Shown here piece by piece: positions 36,841-50,773 of a DNA stretch of 64,000 nucleotides. This DNA comes from Saccostrea cucullata (taxonomy: Eukaryota), in NCBI RefSeq assembly GCF_032062105.1, contig NW_026927880.1:124001-188000 (forward strand), written 5' to 3'. The notes under the pieces are model-generated. The model was not told the DNA's origin and ran no database searches. It worked only from the letters and a program-made list of their open reading frames with translations. Numbering within the stretch: position 1 is the stretch's first letter; each line of letters starts with the position of its first letter. A program made the translations under genes and the position numbers.

Positions 36841-39800
36841 TTAGAGATAAAATTACATTGTCAGACATTTTTTTCTCGATTATTTGTTTTGATTTGTTGC
36901 ACATTTGTTTATGTTTGTTCACTTTAAGATTATACAAGATTCTCAGCATTCATATTTTAAATCACTTATTATGGGGAAAATGAATTAAGACAAAGCATGG
37001 TGTTTATTTTAATATCAAATTTAAATTTCTTCAATCTTAATTTTCAATAACCAAAATGACATATTCTGACTCAAATTACAGAGATATTCTCATAATTCTA
37101 TGAAAATCGTAAAACACCACAATTTTTTTTTTTTCAGCATTGCAAATTTACAAAAATTTCATATTGATTAGGTCACATGCTTTTTAAAATTATACTTTTA
37201 ATGAAAATTGATGTGCAAGCTCCTTATCGATAATATATATGCATTCCGGTAATTAGCTTTAGATTTCAAATGTTCTAATAATTACTATTTACAGAACACT
37301 TTTTGAATGAAATTGGGTGTGAAAAAAAGTTCCCTATGACATGGATTTATAAGCTCAAAATAGCTGTTCTAAATTAAGAACCATATATATCCCCCCCTTC
37401 AACAATTATTTCTTCACCCTATACACTATAAACCAGAAACTAATGGAGACCCTCTGAGGTATAAATGGAGTAGAAATTTTGCTGGCAAAATCTACATGAA
37501 AAAGTAATTAAATATAAACAGAAAAGCTGACAAAATCCCCCAGAAACCTTTCACATCAGAGGGTGGAAGACAGCACTCCAAACAGGATTAATTATCTCCA
37601 TGATTTAATGTTGACTCAGAAACTTTTGATTCCAACTAAAAAAAAAAAACTTGCTCCATTTTCCCAGCTGTTTATTTCTTCTTTATTTCCTTTTTTTCAT
37701 TTTTATTTGGGGAGGTTATAAAATATCAATGCAAAATATATTCCAGAGCCTTATGTTGATTTAAATTACCTGAGATTCTTTATTTTTACCCAGGCAGGAA
37801 AATTGCTTACCTGTTGACCATCACAAAAATTATCCTTTCTTAGTAAATTCTCCAAAATGCACCAAACTGAAGAAAACCAAATACAACTTCATCAAGTCAT
37901 AAGTTTCATAGTTCACAATTACATATAGAAGGTCTTCTCTACATTTTATGTCACAGCTATAGGAGAAGTACAGGGAAGACTGAAGTAGATTGAGGGAAGA
38001 CTAGAGCAAAGGCTGGCACGTTGATCCTGGAAGTTCAAAGAGTGTCCAAATACCTGCAGGAGGGCTCCATGTTAATACTACATAAACAATTTACACATTA
38101 TTTCAAACAAAAACTGATATGCCTTTAGATTGATGGTGCACATAAAAAGCATTGAATGCAAGTGTTCTTTCTCCTGGTCAATATAAAGCTTCATCATCCA
38201 GACAGACTTTATTAACAGTGATAAAAGCAGATTTTATTATGAAGAGAATCCTCTTAAATATTGAAATAAAAATTCAAAAATCTTTTTATATTTGTACTCT
38301 TTGTATTATTTATATAGCATGTATGCATTTTGTTCTTTGAGGTTGTGATTCCATTTTCATTATTCTTTCAGGTTAAGAATTCAAAAAATCCCATTTTCTT
38401 GCATTACATATTCAATTTCTCCTTCTTTTAAAACTGAGAGTTGATCAAACCTTTTAAACACTCGAGTTAAAAGGACCAAAGTTTGTCTGATACCTGATCA
38501 AACCAAAGTATCAGTTTAGAGGCAGAAAATAAATCGCTTCTCTGTTGGGCAAACACAAACTTAAGTGAGTCTCTCTGCATGTCTTTCAATTTAAGCAGAA
38601 TGGCTGCTGATAAGCTGACTCAGATTAACTGATCCAGGAATTCCATAACCAATTAATGAAATCTTAATTAAAAAGTAATGAGCGTCACTTTTCTCAACTG
38701 CCTGTTATCTTTTGCCTCTCTTTGAAAACTTAATAAACTAGAGTTGAACCAAAGACTCTAGGGTTAATGCTTATTCTTTTAAATTTTTTAATCACAAATA
38801 AAGGTTTTAAATGCAAGTAATAATATCAAAATGCAAAAATAATTATATTTATATGCTACTTATTCAGGGGAAAAAAGTCAGTAGATGTATTTCTGAATCT
38901 TCATGTTTGATGTTTATGAGGTATTAGAGAGAATTGTGTTTTGACATCCTATAGGTCTATACAGAGCATCACTTGTACCTGGCTTTGATTAGCCCTAATT
39001 GTGCTTATACTCTTCTGATTATTTTCCCTGGCAGGTACAAATTGTCTGCCCTTTTAACAGAAGCACCAAGAAAAACAGAAAGCATTCCAGCTTCGCCACA
39101 CACAAGAGAAACGCCACTGACCACAGTCAAAAGACGGAGACCTCGTTCTGTAAGTGAAACCCTCAACAAATGGCTAGGAGAAAGTAGCTGATCCATACAC
39201 CATATGTTTGCATGAAATCAAAATGGGGTTAAAAGGACACATGTCACATTAGCAGGGGACAAAAGTTCAATTAAATACACAGTGATCACCCTAAAAAGAA
39301 TATTCAATTGGATTCAACCTGTTACATCAATTTCTGCATCTCTTGGCAAGCTAAACCCGAATACACAAAGTTGTGTGTTTTTAAACTGCATTAAAGGCTT
39401 AAAAATAGTTATTTTCATGTTATATGAAAAAAAAAAAATCGAATTAATAAATCTAAAGCAGCTTTCATAAATGGAAGATATCTCTTTTTTGATATAAAGC
39501 AAGGACAATTAATATAGATTTTTTCCTCTGTTTGATTAACAAGTGCCCTTAGTCTGCACATACTTTATCTAGCACTTTAACAATAAGAAATGTCCTATTC
39601 AATACTTCAAAAACAATAAGCTCATTACACAAAATGGCCTTATATTCCTATAAAACATTATTATGTGGAGATACCAGCAAAGCATCCAGAGAAAGTGAGT
39701 AATTGAAATTGTCAGAATATCTGTTTAGGACTCCATGAAGATGCAATCAGACATTGATGATGGGGAGGACATGCAAAACCCATCCAGTCTTACCCCCTGG

Positions 39801-40195
39801 GAAAGATCAATACCCAATAAATTACGGGGAAAAAATAAACAGCTGCTGACTTTACTGCTTCACTGGGTGCTATGAATAGCTCAAAGGATATAAAAAATAC
39901 TCTCTTCTACAAGTTTTTTATGTTTGGGACACAATATGTCAGCTCAAATCAGTGGATGAATTTTTCTCTTTTTTTCTTATCCTAATTTGGGGGGTGGTGG
40001 TCGAAAAGGGGGGGGGTATGAAGAGAGGTATGAAAATTAAAATAACATCATTTGCTTTATAAACATTAAATGTAAGTGTAGAGAAAGGCTTGCTGAAATA
40101 TGGAAGAATTCTCCACAATGAATGGGCCTGGACTTCGCTTGAAATAACGCCAAAGTTTGAATGAAGACTATTAGAGTTATCTCTCTTTAACTTAC

Positions 40196-40336
40196 AGACA
40201 AGATTTTCTGGCTGTCACTTTTGGCTCGGGTGAGTTCTCGCTGTAACTTGGCAACCTGTTGTCTCTCCTTTCTGTGCTGTTGTCTCTCATTGGTCAACTG
40301 TCGACTCAGGTCCTCAATTTTCTTCTCCAGCACATC
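40196..40336 (-). CDS. NCKAP5: NCKAP5-like exon 2 (coiled coil)
   Basis: tcaatttcag / TCT|gtaagt; 141 nt, DVLEKKIEDLSRQLTNERQQHRKERQQVAKLQRELTRAKS, matching the NCKAP5 N-terminal VARLQRE segment as recalled. Confidence 0.9.
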
Positions 40337-42299
40337 CTGAAATTGATAAAAAAGGATGTATAATGGTTAGGATTCCAGTACCATAAGAGTGTGACATTAT
40401 TTTCGTACATATCTACATCTTCCCAATGCCAGGGGTCCTGAGACAGGGTCCCATGGCAACGTGTTGACTCTGGAACCCTGGCATTGCAAGGATGACATAT
40501 CCATAACATATTACATACATGTACATAAATAATCAAATTTATATACCGGGGTAATTTGAACTATCGGTATTTTATAACTTTAAATATTTTTTCACTGACA
40601 TTTTTTTAATTCAATTTCATTTACCAATGTAAATCACATTTCCAGTTTAATTTTATTTTATAGAGTAAATGCACTGATTGGAGTCAAGGACTGGTATTGG
40701 CAACACATCTGATGCAGTAATTGTTTAGAAATCACACCTCAGACATGCCAAACGGACATGCTGCCAAAAATCAGGGGTATGAAAGTGATCACTGCCGAGT
40801 TTATTTATCCAAGTAAACCTGCCGCAAAAAAAGCACATACACGAGGTGCAAAAAGTCTACAGAAATCTGTTTGATTCAGTCACGACCACATTAGCATGTT
40901 TGTTTGTGTGCTGATAATATGCAGACCTTTGGCATCCAATGTGTTAAAGAGTTCTTTGTATCTGAAATGCTCAAAGAAATTAGACTAAATCGTCAGTAAA
41001 CTGTACTGAAATTCCACAATTTTCTGATTTATACCTGGGCCAAACTTTACTGAATGGAAAAACTCAAAGCAGAAACCCACACTGGTACTTGAATTAGAAC
41101 AAAGAACAGGAGCACCTAAGGTTTAATGTAATATTTTATGTATACATACTTGACCTTTTCTTAAAACTTTCCACCTTAATACATGTAGTTTCAAACCTAA
41201 ATTATGTAATAGGCATTTAAGTATTTGAAGTTATCTGTAGAACAAATCAGTGAAAATTGGCTTGAACAGACATTCAATTCCCAATAATCTTGTTCCATCT
41301 TATCTTCCTCTGTTGGAAATGAAAAAATCAGACACCTATTTCATAATCTTGCAGACATCTTCAGGAATCCCTTACCTAATATATACTGTGATAGGTATAG
41401 AGAAATCTCGACAGATAATCTTTTTACCATGTCAGCAACTATAAATATTACAAAATCTTTCAATGTAACCGTGAACCTTACTAATCCCTCTCAATATATC
41501 CACAGAACATCAAAAGCGCAAATACCAGGTAAATGAGTATTATCATGATTATAGACAAATCTGTGTACAAAAATACTTGTACACTAAATTCACCTTGCAG
41601 ACTCAAATTTCCAGATGAAAGAGCTTCTTAGGTGTCTCTAAACACCTAATTTTTTTTATCTTCAAATTTTCCATTTCTTTAACACATTTAAGAATAAAAG
41701 AAGATTTTAAACAGACTTTAATCTACTCCAAAATCAAATGTAATATCTCTGAGAATTGGGAGAAATAGGATCAAATGGGAAATAAAAATTGCATACTGAC
41801 AGAAAAATAATTATACATCAAACATTGGGTATAGCAAACATGAAGAGACAACCAACATTGCATTGGGCTTATCTGTATTTATGCATCTCCATGGCACCTG
41901 TACCACTATTAGAAACTTATAGTACTAACAGAATGCTACAATACCCATTTTCCCTTTTTACTCAACCATTAGGAGATTACCATAAAATAATTCCTTTAAT
42001 TTACAACCGAGTAAGCTCTGTAATTTTATTCACTTGAAAGAAAATCTCTCATTTGCCTTTGTATTCTTTTCTTTTAGTTTTCTTACTGCTTCATGAAACC
42101 TCAAACTACGTGAAAACTAAGCTACCATCCAAATTAACGTCCCATGGTTCATTTTAAATGAGTTTGAGAAATTCATTATGACAATCATAAGCATGATAAG
42201 CATGCAGTTATTATTTTTAAATTACACATTCCATGCTTTTTGTGTAATTTTTAACTTCCAAAATAAGTTGACAACAGCTTTTATCTAATTATACATGTA

Positions 42300-42464
42300 C
42301 TGTATATACTCGCCTATAAGTCGGTTTTTTGGGAGTTAATCTATGGTCTAAAACTCTTTGTCCGACTTATAGGCGAGCTATTAAATGTATGGTTTTATAA
42401 AAGGTCAGTCCATCCGATATATCAGCTTATTAAATACAACTGACTTATAGGCGAGTATATACGG
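42300..42464. mobile_element. pogo-like MITE, 165 bp
   Basis: TA|ctgtatatactcgcctataagtc ... gacttataggcgagtatatacgg|TA; third internal copy of the motif at ~42362. Confidence 0.88.
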
Positions 42465-42731
42465 TACATGCAATTCTATATCAGTCGCAAATTCCATAAA
42501 AAAAAAGTGTTATTCATTACCCCTAAAATACAACTAAAATTTCATTGTTTATTGAAGGTGATAAAAAAAAATCCTTAAAATTCAACATAGATAGGTATCC
42601 GCTAAAGCTAGATACATTGTTAACAGGTTTTTCTGTAAAGTTTTAAAGTTCATGCAGTTTTATATCATTCACTAATGGTCAGTTAAGGAAGACAGCTGGG
42701 AGGGGGGTCAGGTGGAGAAATGGCTGCTTAC

Positions 42732-42851
42732 CTCCCAGTCAGTACTAGAATCAGTGGAGGAAAAGAAATCAAAGTCAAACTCCGGTGGATAAGGTTTTCT
42801 AGGAGGCAATGTCTTAGATTTGGGAACATTTTTATTCCTTTTCCTCTCCAT
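42732..42851 (-). CDS. NCKAP5: NCKAP5-like probable first coding exon
   Basis: ATG with in-frame upstream TAA; MERKRNKNVPKSKTLPPRKPYPPEFDFDFFSSTDSSTDWE; strong phase-0 donor GAG|gtaagc fits exon 2. Confidence 0.65.
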
Positions 42852-44444
42852 TGAATTGTATAATGATTAATGGCAGGAGATGTTCTGTCACATAAACATG
42901 ATTTACACATCAGCCACAGATAAATTTGACTTATCCCATTTGCTCCTGCTCACTGCATTATGGGTCCTCAGGTTCCTAAATCATACAGCACAGAGATTCT
43001 GAAGAAACTGGTGGGAATCTTCATAACTCAGATACCAGTGATTAGATTTTCTCTGAGGCTTCATTTGAAAAGAGAAATAAGATGACTACCAGATTCTGTC
43101 GTTATTCTATGCACTCCATTCCTTAAATTCTTGCTCTCTGCGACATTCCTGGCACAGAAATCTTCCCCCCAACATCCACCAATGCTGACTGACCACAGTA
43201 TGTCAGAAAGGAGCTCACACCAAGTGATTCTGGGAAATGTGAGCCCTCTGTGTACAGATGTTCCCTCAGCGAAGGGAGGTCTGATTCATGTTTACAAACT
43301 TCTACCTGCCCGAGGTACAAAGGCTTTCTATAATTACTATATGTAATGTAATGTTCTTTAAAAGCATTTAGCATGTTCACAAGCTTTCACTCACAGCGTG
43401 CAGATGTGAGGTCTATAGTTTGTTTTACAAAGAGGAAAAAAAAGTTGGGGGGGGGGGGGGATTTGTACCTTCAAAAATTATGAAATGACTATATATATAA
43501 GAAATGTATGTTTAATTATTTGTTAAAAAATATTTATCAATGCAATCATTCATTTATCCACTTATACATCAGCAACAAGATTAGAATTACAAAATGATGA
43601 CAAAATTCAAACATTGGTACATGTTTTACAAAAGCCATCCATCAGACACAATGTGACAGAATTATTAATATTTTCCTACTGTGCCTTACGTCAATTGAAT
43701 TCGATAAACACTGAGGTACATAATATTTATCTATGATTGATTTGGATGATAATGTCAAGTTTACAATCAAATGGTTTTTATTATCATTACCAAACATCAA
43801 ATCATATCCAGATTGGAATCAAAAACTATATGACATAAAACTGCATGATAAATTGTTACATTGCCCAATGAATTTCATACAGTACACAAGACCAAAGTGG
43901 ACTAAAAAAGTATGAGGGTGTCTTGAAAGTCTATTCTTGTACTGTTAACAATTAGCATGATTTGTCAGGTAAGAGTGCATCAAAATAAAATGACACTTGA
44001 AAAAAAATACACATCAAAATCAAATAATGGAATGTATTTCATATATCTACGATGTCCCATTGAAACAGACTTTAACAATCAGGTAAAAAAAATATTCTCT
44101 AATTTTAAGCATATGAAGGGAGAAGCCTTGGTGAATCTTTTTACATTACGAGACAGTATGAGATCTTTTCATCAAAAGGCACTTATCCCTATCTATTCCT
44201 GAATGTCTCCCCCCACAGCAGGATTCAGTTAATTTAACGAGTTTTACTAATTAAGAAGATCTCCCTCCACCGTGAGTCACCGGGCTACTGTAACGTGTAA
44301 AAAAGAATATGAACCTTCCTTCTCTTTTTTTGTAATTTGGTTAATAAGAAAATAAGAGCGTGAGAAAACCTCGTGCTAAGGGACATAACTCAGTGGGACA
44401 AGTGAAACACCAGTGCTGTTGATTTCACACTTGATCAATTTTTA

Positions 44445-44587
44445 CTGTAGTTATCACAGAACCACTTTTTCAACATCTTTATCGGGTATATCTATAAATA
44501 AATTAACATTTGAAGTGTTATATTCCTAACGTTAATACAGCCAATCTGTGTGGTAAGCTGTGCTTAATACACAGGATTTAACTACAG
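44445..44587. mobile_element. Degenerate TA-flanked MITE
   Basis: TA|ctgtagtta ... taactacag|TA (9-bp TIR only). Confidence 0.5.
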
Positions 44588-47500
44588 TATAATCTTTGAA
44601 TTAAGTCAGAATTTTGAAGATTAACTTAGGTAGTTAATTTACTCATTTTGTCTACCCTGTAGAAACTTTTACCCAGATGTTACATGGAATAATACAATAA
44701 TTACTAAGAGGGAAATTATAATCTCTCTTATAGGGTGAAGGAGTATCAATTAATTAAATTCTTTGTAAAGTAGAGAATTATTTCAATATATACTGGCACC
44801 AGATTTGTTAATAAGCATTTAGTTTATCTGAAGTGTTTGCTAGAGGTATCAACAGGCCTTAAATAAATGAACGATCCTGAGTTTGGCATTACAGAGTTCC
44901 AATCCTTAACTCTTCAAACAATGTTAAAAATTTCATTTTGAGAATTAATTATAAATACTGGTTGCATAAATAAGTTCTAAACTTCCAGTACTATCATGCA
45001 TGCATGTAACTGGTGAATTGGAATAACATATGCTTTTTATAATTCAGCCAAATGGCGAACATATTGTAAACATGACATGCTTTCCATGGGAAAGATATGC
45101 TAGACAAATAATCATTATATGAAACAATAAATACAAGAAGAAATTTTCCTCATCATCATATATTCAGAGATACAACATGAAATCTTCCGCAGCACATCTG
45201 AGTCACTTTTATGCTTCATTCATATTTTACTCCATCATATCAAACCTTATTTTTCTCTCGTTAGCTCAGCTAAGTAAACTGTTCTGCTGTACCCAAGTGT
45301 TCCTGTGTTACATTGCTATAATGAATTTAATTAAAAACCGAAAGTTTAACAGGTTAAAATGTATAATAATTTAAATCAGACATGTCTTTTTAATTTCAAA
45401 AGTAAATAATCAAACCTCGCCTATCTGATTAAGAAAGGATTTCATGAAAAAAGACTATTTACATCTCAATAACTGACAATTACAATAGCCCTCTCAAATC
45501 CACTCATATAACAAAACCTGATCAAGATCTTCATTTCCTTTGACAAATACCAAACAAAATTGTTAATTCTCTTTACATTCAAATTCATAGTTCTTATACT
45601 CAGTTTTAACTGCAGCTGTGACACAATGCCTCAAACATGTACAGAACTGCACCAGAAAAATTGATATCTTTTTGCATATGGTGGGGTATTCTGTCTATAT
45701 TCATTATTAAAGGTACTTTAATCCAAAGCAACTATCATTTCTAACTTTGATCAGGTTTCCAAAACAGATGATAAAGATTAGGTATTCCGATAAATGAACT
45801 TACTATGTAACAGGGTCATTTCAATTAACCCTCCAAAAAGCAGATACTGCAATGATTCCATGATAAGATTGTTATTACATATCTAGGCTAAAGGATTAAA
45901 GAGAAGTCAGATGCAGTAGAGTTGAGGAATGTGACATGCAATCTTTTCAAGAATAGGGGGTACAGACACTTTGTCCCCAGATTATAAGTATAGACAATGT
46001 CAATAAAGAGAGATAATTAATTCTTACACAGTTGAAAAGAGGGATAAAAATAATTAAGGAATGTTAATGTTATTTTATAAGACTTGATTTTTCTTCATTT
46101 TCGAAAGTAAAGAAAGACATCTTTGACAATGATAATGCCTTTACATTAACAGTTTAACTTCTGATATCTCAATCACTGTCAAATATCACTATCAAATATC
46201 ATGGATAATATCAAAGTGATTTGGAAGCCCTGACGGCTATTCTTTAGTATTTCAATTTCTGAAGTACGTATACCTCAACAACAAACAACAACTACAGATA
46301 ATGAGGTTTGTCTGTAAATCATACATGTACTTTTAAAAATAAGATATTGTACATCCAAGGGTCCAGAATTTATTTGAATATGACAAAAATAATTTTTACC
46401 TATTACATGTTCATTTCCAGTGCATGTATTTAAATCTATGCAAGAGTAAAATTTTACATAACTTGATTTTTGCAATTCTTGATAAACAGAAATTCATTTG
46501 AGATTGGGAAAGCTCAAACAGAGTACTTCTATCAATTAAATATAGTCCCTTGCAGAAAAAAATCAGTAACTTTATGAGCTTTATATTCAGACAATGCTGC
46601 ATGAATTATGAATATTTCTTCTTATAATGATAGTAGAAATATATCAGCCATGTGTTTAAAATGCAAAGTCTGAAGTAAATTATACAGTAAAATTTAACAA
46701 TGCAGAAATATTTTTCACCCTTGAGTGTACAAATATATGTAAAAAAAATGAATATGCAATTCTGCGCAAAATATACTTATTGCTTACAAACCCAAGAAAA
46801 TTTCACTAAGTGACCCACCAAAATGAGGACGATCTCTCAATAAACAAATGGTAAGAACAGGTGATTTGATGTAAAATTCTCCGTCAGCTGAATTAAAGAT
46901 TCTCAATTAACACCTAATCCAGATGTAAAAACGTGTTAACGATCTATGTGTCGCCAAAATGTCCATGAGCTTCTCGTCATATTAGCTTTATGGCATATAC
47001 CTTTTTTGGAAATGGCATTAAAAACTATTTTAAACAAGTCATTATGGGTCATGCACTAACTTGTAGGTCTAGTACATGTTCTGTCAATGATTTACATGAA
47101 ATGTAATGTATGATAACTAAAACACTTCCCTACACCTGAAATTAAAAAAACTATTTATTACATCGACAAGAAATTCACCTGAGTACCTTGTTTTCAGAAT
47201 TTTTCTTCACATTACAAATTTTTACCAAAATTCTAAGAAGTTCTTCAACATTTCAAGAATATATTCATACACATTTACAACAATTAGTCTCCTACACTGG
47301 TAACAAAAATGTAACTTTTCCTACTGATTAATGTCCTTCCTCTGTCAGATGGCTAGTGGTCACCACACCAAATTTTGTGAATGGTAAAGATCTCTTGAAA
47401 TAGCCTGATAACCTTGACAACAGCACAGGAGGTAACTGTCAGCCTTATGATTGACATTAATGAGAATATCAATTTCCTGCAGTGTCACATCATGTGGTGA

Positions 47501-50500
47501 CTACTGGTATAAATTAAAACAGCTCTATTAGTATAAGCAGAAAGGTGAGGATATTTCCGATGTTCTTAAATCAATTCTTTTAAATTATCTTCTTTAAAAT
47601 CCTCCCACCCCCTCCCCCAAAAAAGGGAAACTGCAGCAATTTGAAAACAAATTCTCTTTTTCATTCTAAACAAAAATCTATGAGGCAAGCATTGCAAGAA
47701 GAAAATCTGTTTTAGTCAGTGATAATTCATAATTCAAAAGATCAGAAATTAAAATCTTACCACAACTCCCATAGTTTGAAAATCTTTTTAAATACATGTA
47801 TCCATTATTGCAAAGCATATCCCTCAAATTCTTACACAAGATCGGTTTAGAGCTCAGTTAATCTACTACCAATCATTTTACTTGGACAAACTTTGTTTGC
47901 ATTTAAACAACACAATGTGTTTGATCAAGCAATACCATTGTTTCCAGTTAAAAAATCATATCACATTATCAACATAATACATCTGCCCAAAGATCACTTT
48001 CCTATCTATCAAAATTTTCACACCATTAGAAGTCTGCTTTTCAGGTTTTATGGACCTATACAAAATAGTGTTATGAATGGGTGGGTGTTGAAATGAGACC
48101 AGCCTTTAGATAATCCCTCAGTAAAAGGGAGATTACTACGGTCCCTGCACAGGTTGTGCCCCCTGGTCAAACATTTTGAATTGGTGCAATACAATCCGTT
48201 TCCTCTGTATGTAACCATGAACTTAACTTTTGTAAATGCTTTTGTTAAACAAAGTCAATAACTTGGAAATGTCAAAGAAGATGACACACATACGTATTTG
48301 ACATACATCTGTTCAAAGCCTTTCTATTTTGACCCAATTAATAAAATTTATGGAAATCATGTGCAATAAATCTTACCTAAAATAATTAATTCTTAACTGG
48401 ATTAAGTTTCTTATTAAGAAATTGAAATGACCTTCCTATCAAGTTTTGTATCAAATGTTAATCTCTATCTATTGTCTATATCCAGACTTGTCAAGACAAC
48501 TTATTGTAAATACACTTATGTATCAAATGAGTTTTCTTATCGCCTTTCAAATCACATTATTTTTTCGGAAATGAAGACGTGAAGTGATCTGCAAAATCTA
48601 CTCTAAACAATTTTTAAACATAAAACTTTGATTTATGATGGGTGGATTTCAGTGTATATATGACTGATCTGATCTAACTATTGACTGAAAAACAATCATT
48701 ACACTTTCTGTCAGATACCCAAGACAATGCAGAACATTAAAATTATCTAGATTAATAATATATGCAAAATTCAAATCTTAAACAAGGTTCATTAGCTGTG
48801 AAATTCTATATCAGTTCCTAGAGCCCACATACGTTAATGTCTATTTTGTCCTTCAAGCAAGGTGGTTTCGTTTACTTTAAAATCTACTTTTCTTATAGAT
48901 CTATGTTTCAATACTTAAGTGCAAACAAGTCATATCAATGTTAATGATATAACATCCCATCATAATTGTCAAGTTTCATGAAAATGAATAAATCACATTC
49001 TTTGATTGAGAGGTATTTCAAAAACTTAAAGAAAAAAATTAAAATATAAAAAAATTTCACAATGTCATATTGACAAAAATTTTAAGGATCTGTCGTTAAA
49101 TAAACAAACACATTCAAAACAAAGCATCTCTCGGGACATATCAAAAGGTCAAATAAGATGAATTTTAAATCATACATTTACCTGACAAACAGAGAACTCC
49201 ATCAGAAAGTCACAAAGTTAGTCGTGTGACAGTTGCTTATGTCCGTACCATCATTCTCTTAGTTTGACATCTTAGTACTTATCATTGAAGCAGACAGTGG
49301 ATGCATGTCTTTAAAAGTTCATTCAGGTATCTTAAAAAATTTGATTTATAATAAAAAGGTGAAATTTGTGTTTAAATGGTCTGAGGGCGTTGTATTACAC
49401 CCAAGGTAAACACAAGCCTTGAAGGAGATTACTAAAATTTGTAGCAATCAGTTAATACTAATTGTTCATTTACAATAATCCAAATTTACAAAGGATTTAC
49501 GCAATTGAAAGGCAGTATGTAGTGTTAAGACATCACATAATTGTGCACTTAAAACTCACGAATAAAGACCTTCCCATAACTGATCAGAACACTGACTGAC
49601 TGTTTTAAGTGGTTTAAAACAAGCCAGGTATGAATCAAATTCCTTTTTCTCCTATACCCAACTTATCTCAGGGAGTATGGACTCTAAAATACAATAAACA
49701 TGGCAATGTACCCATCATAAAATCAGAGAAAAGTGACAGATATCAAAATAATGTTTAGACAATTGAAGCAATTTTCAGACTCTATACTGTCAAATGAACA
49801 TTCGCCTGATTAGGTCACTAAAGACTTTAAATACCTCCCTCTCCCCTTACTTACTCCTCCATACGGTACCCCCAAAAAAGAAAACCTGTCCAGCAGGTCA
49901 ATTAAGTGATTACCAAATTAAGCCAGCTGTCTGCCTCTTGCAGCCATATTAGAACTCCTTTAATTGTCATCATTATCATAGATTATCATTTTCTGTCAGG
50001 TAGAGAAATTTGATCAGTATACATGATCTCTATGAATAAATGGCTAATTGCTGGCATTGTTAGATGAATTTAGGCACTATCCTGTGTGTTCTCCCTATGT
50101 CATTCTGACAGACATTATAGGTGTCAAGACCATGAGAGACTTATCTAATATCTCCTTCAAAATTATGTGATCGTTTCCTGTGCAGGTATCCATATGCCAG
50201 TTCTCGATTTGTCTGTCCACTTGAAATGATATCACAATTGCATTGCATGACCCCCCTGAAAACTTGACGTCAACCTCAAAACCACAGCTTTACATCTTAT
50301 ATTGAAGAATTGAAAGACATCTCTTAAGCTAAAATGGGGTTTAAGAGAAAGCTACTAACTCTATGACAAAGAACCAGAAAAAAAGCTGCCAAATATATCC
50401 TTATAAAGTCAGTGCCTCTATTTCCTATAGAGCAACAGAAAAAGGATGTACTTTAATGTACAGGTGACAATGAACAGAGAGGATGTCTATGTCAAACCAA

Positions 50501-50594
50501 ACTTCATAACCTAATTTAGCTGGTTCAATCAAAGCCATAAAAACAGTTTCCTACCAACCATTCTGTCCACAATTTCATACTTATGACTTTGGTA

Positions 50595-50773
50595 CAATAA
50601 AACTTGGAAATAACAAAGTCACTAGGACCTATGAAATTACATCGCTATATCGATCCATAATTTGTTATATCTATATAAGGAGTTCGTTATATTCATATGG
50701 CTGGGGATCCAAGAAAACTTCGCTATATCCATAAATTCACAATATAAGTGTTCATACTAAACAAGTTTTACTG
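50595..50773. mobile_element. Tigger-like MITE, 179 bp
   Basis: TA|caataaaacttg ... caagttttactg|TA; internal repeated TCGYTATAT. Confidence 0.8.

Noticed and set aside
43123-43380. ORFs upstream of the first coding exon
   Set aside because: More simply 5' UTR or promoter-proximal sequence; no homology evident
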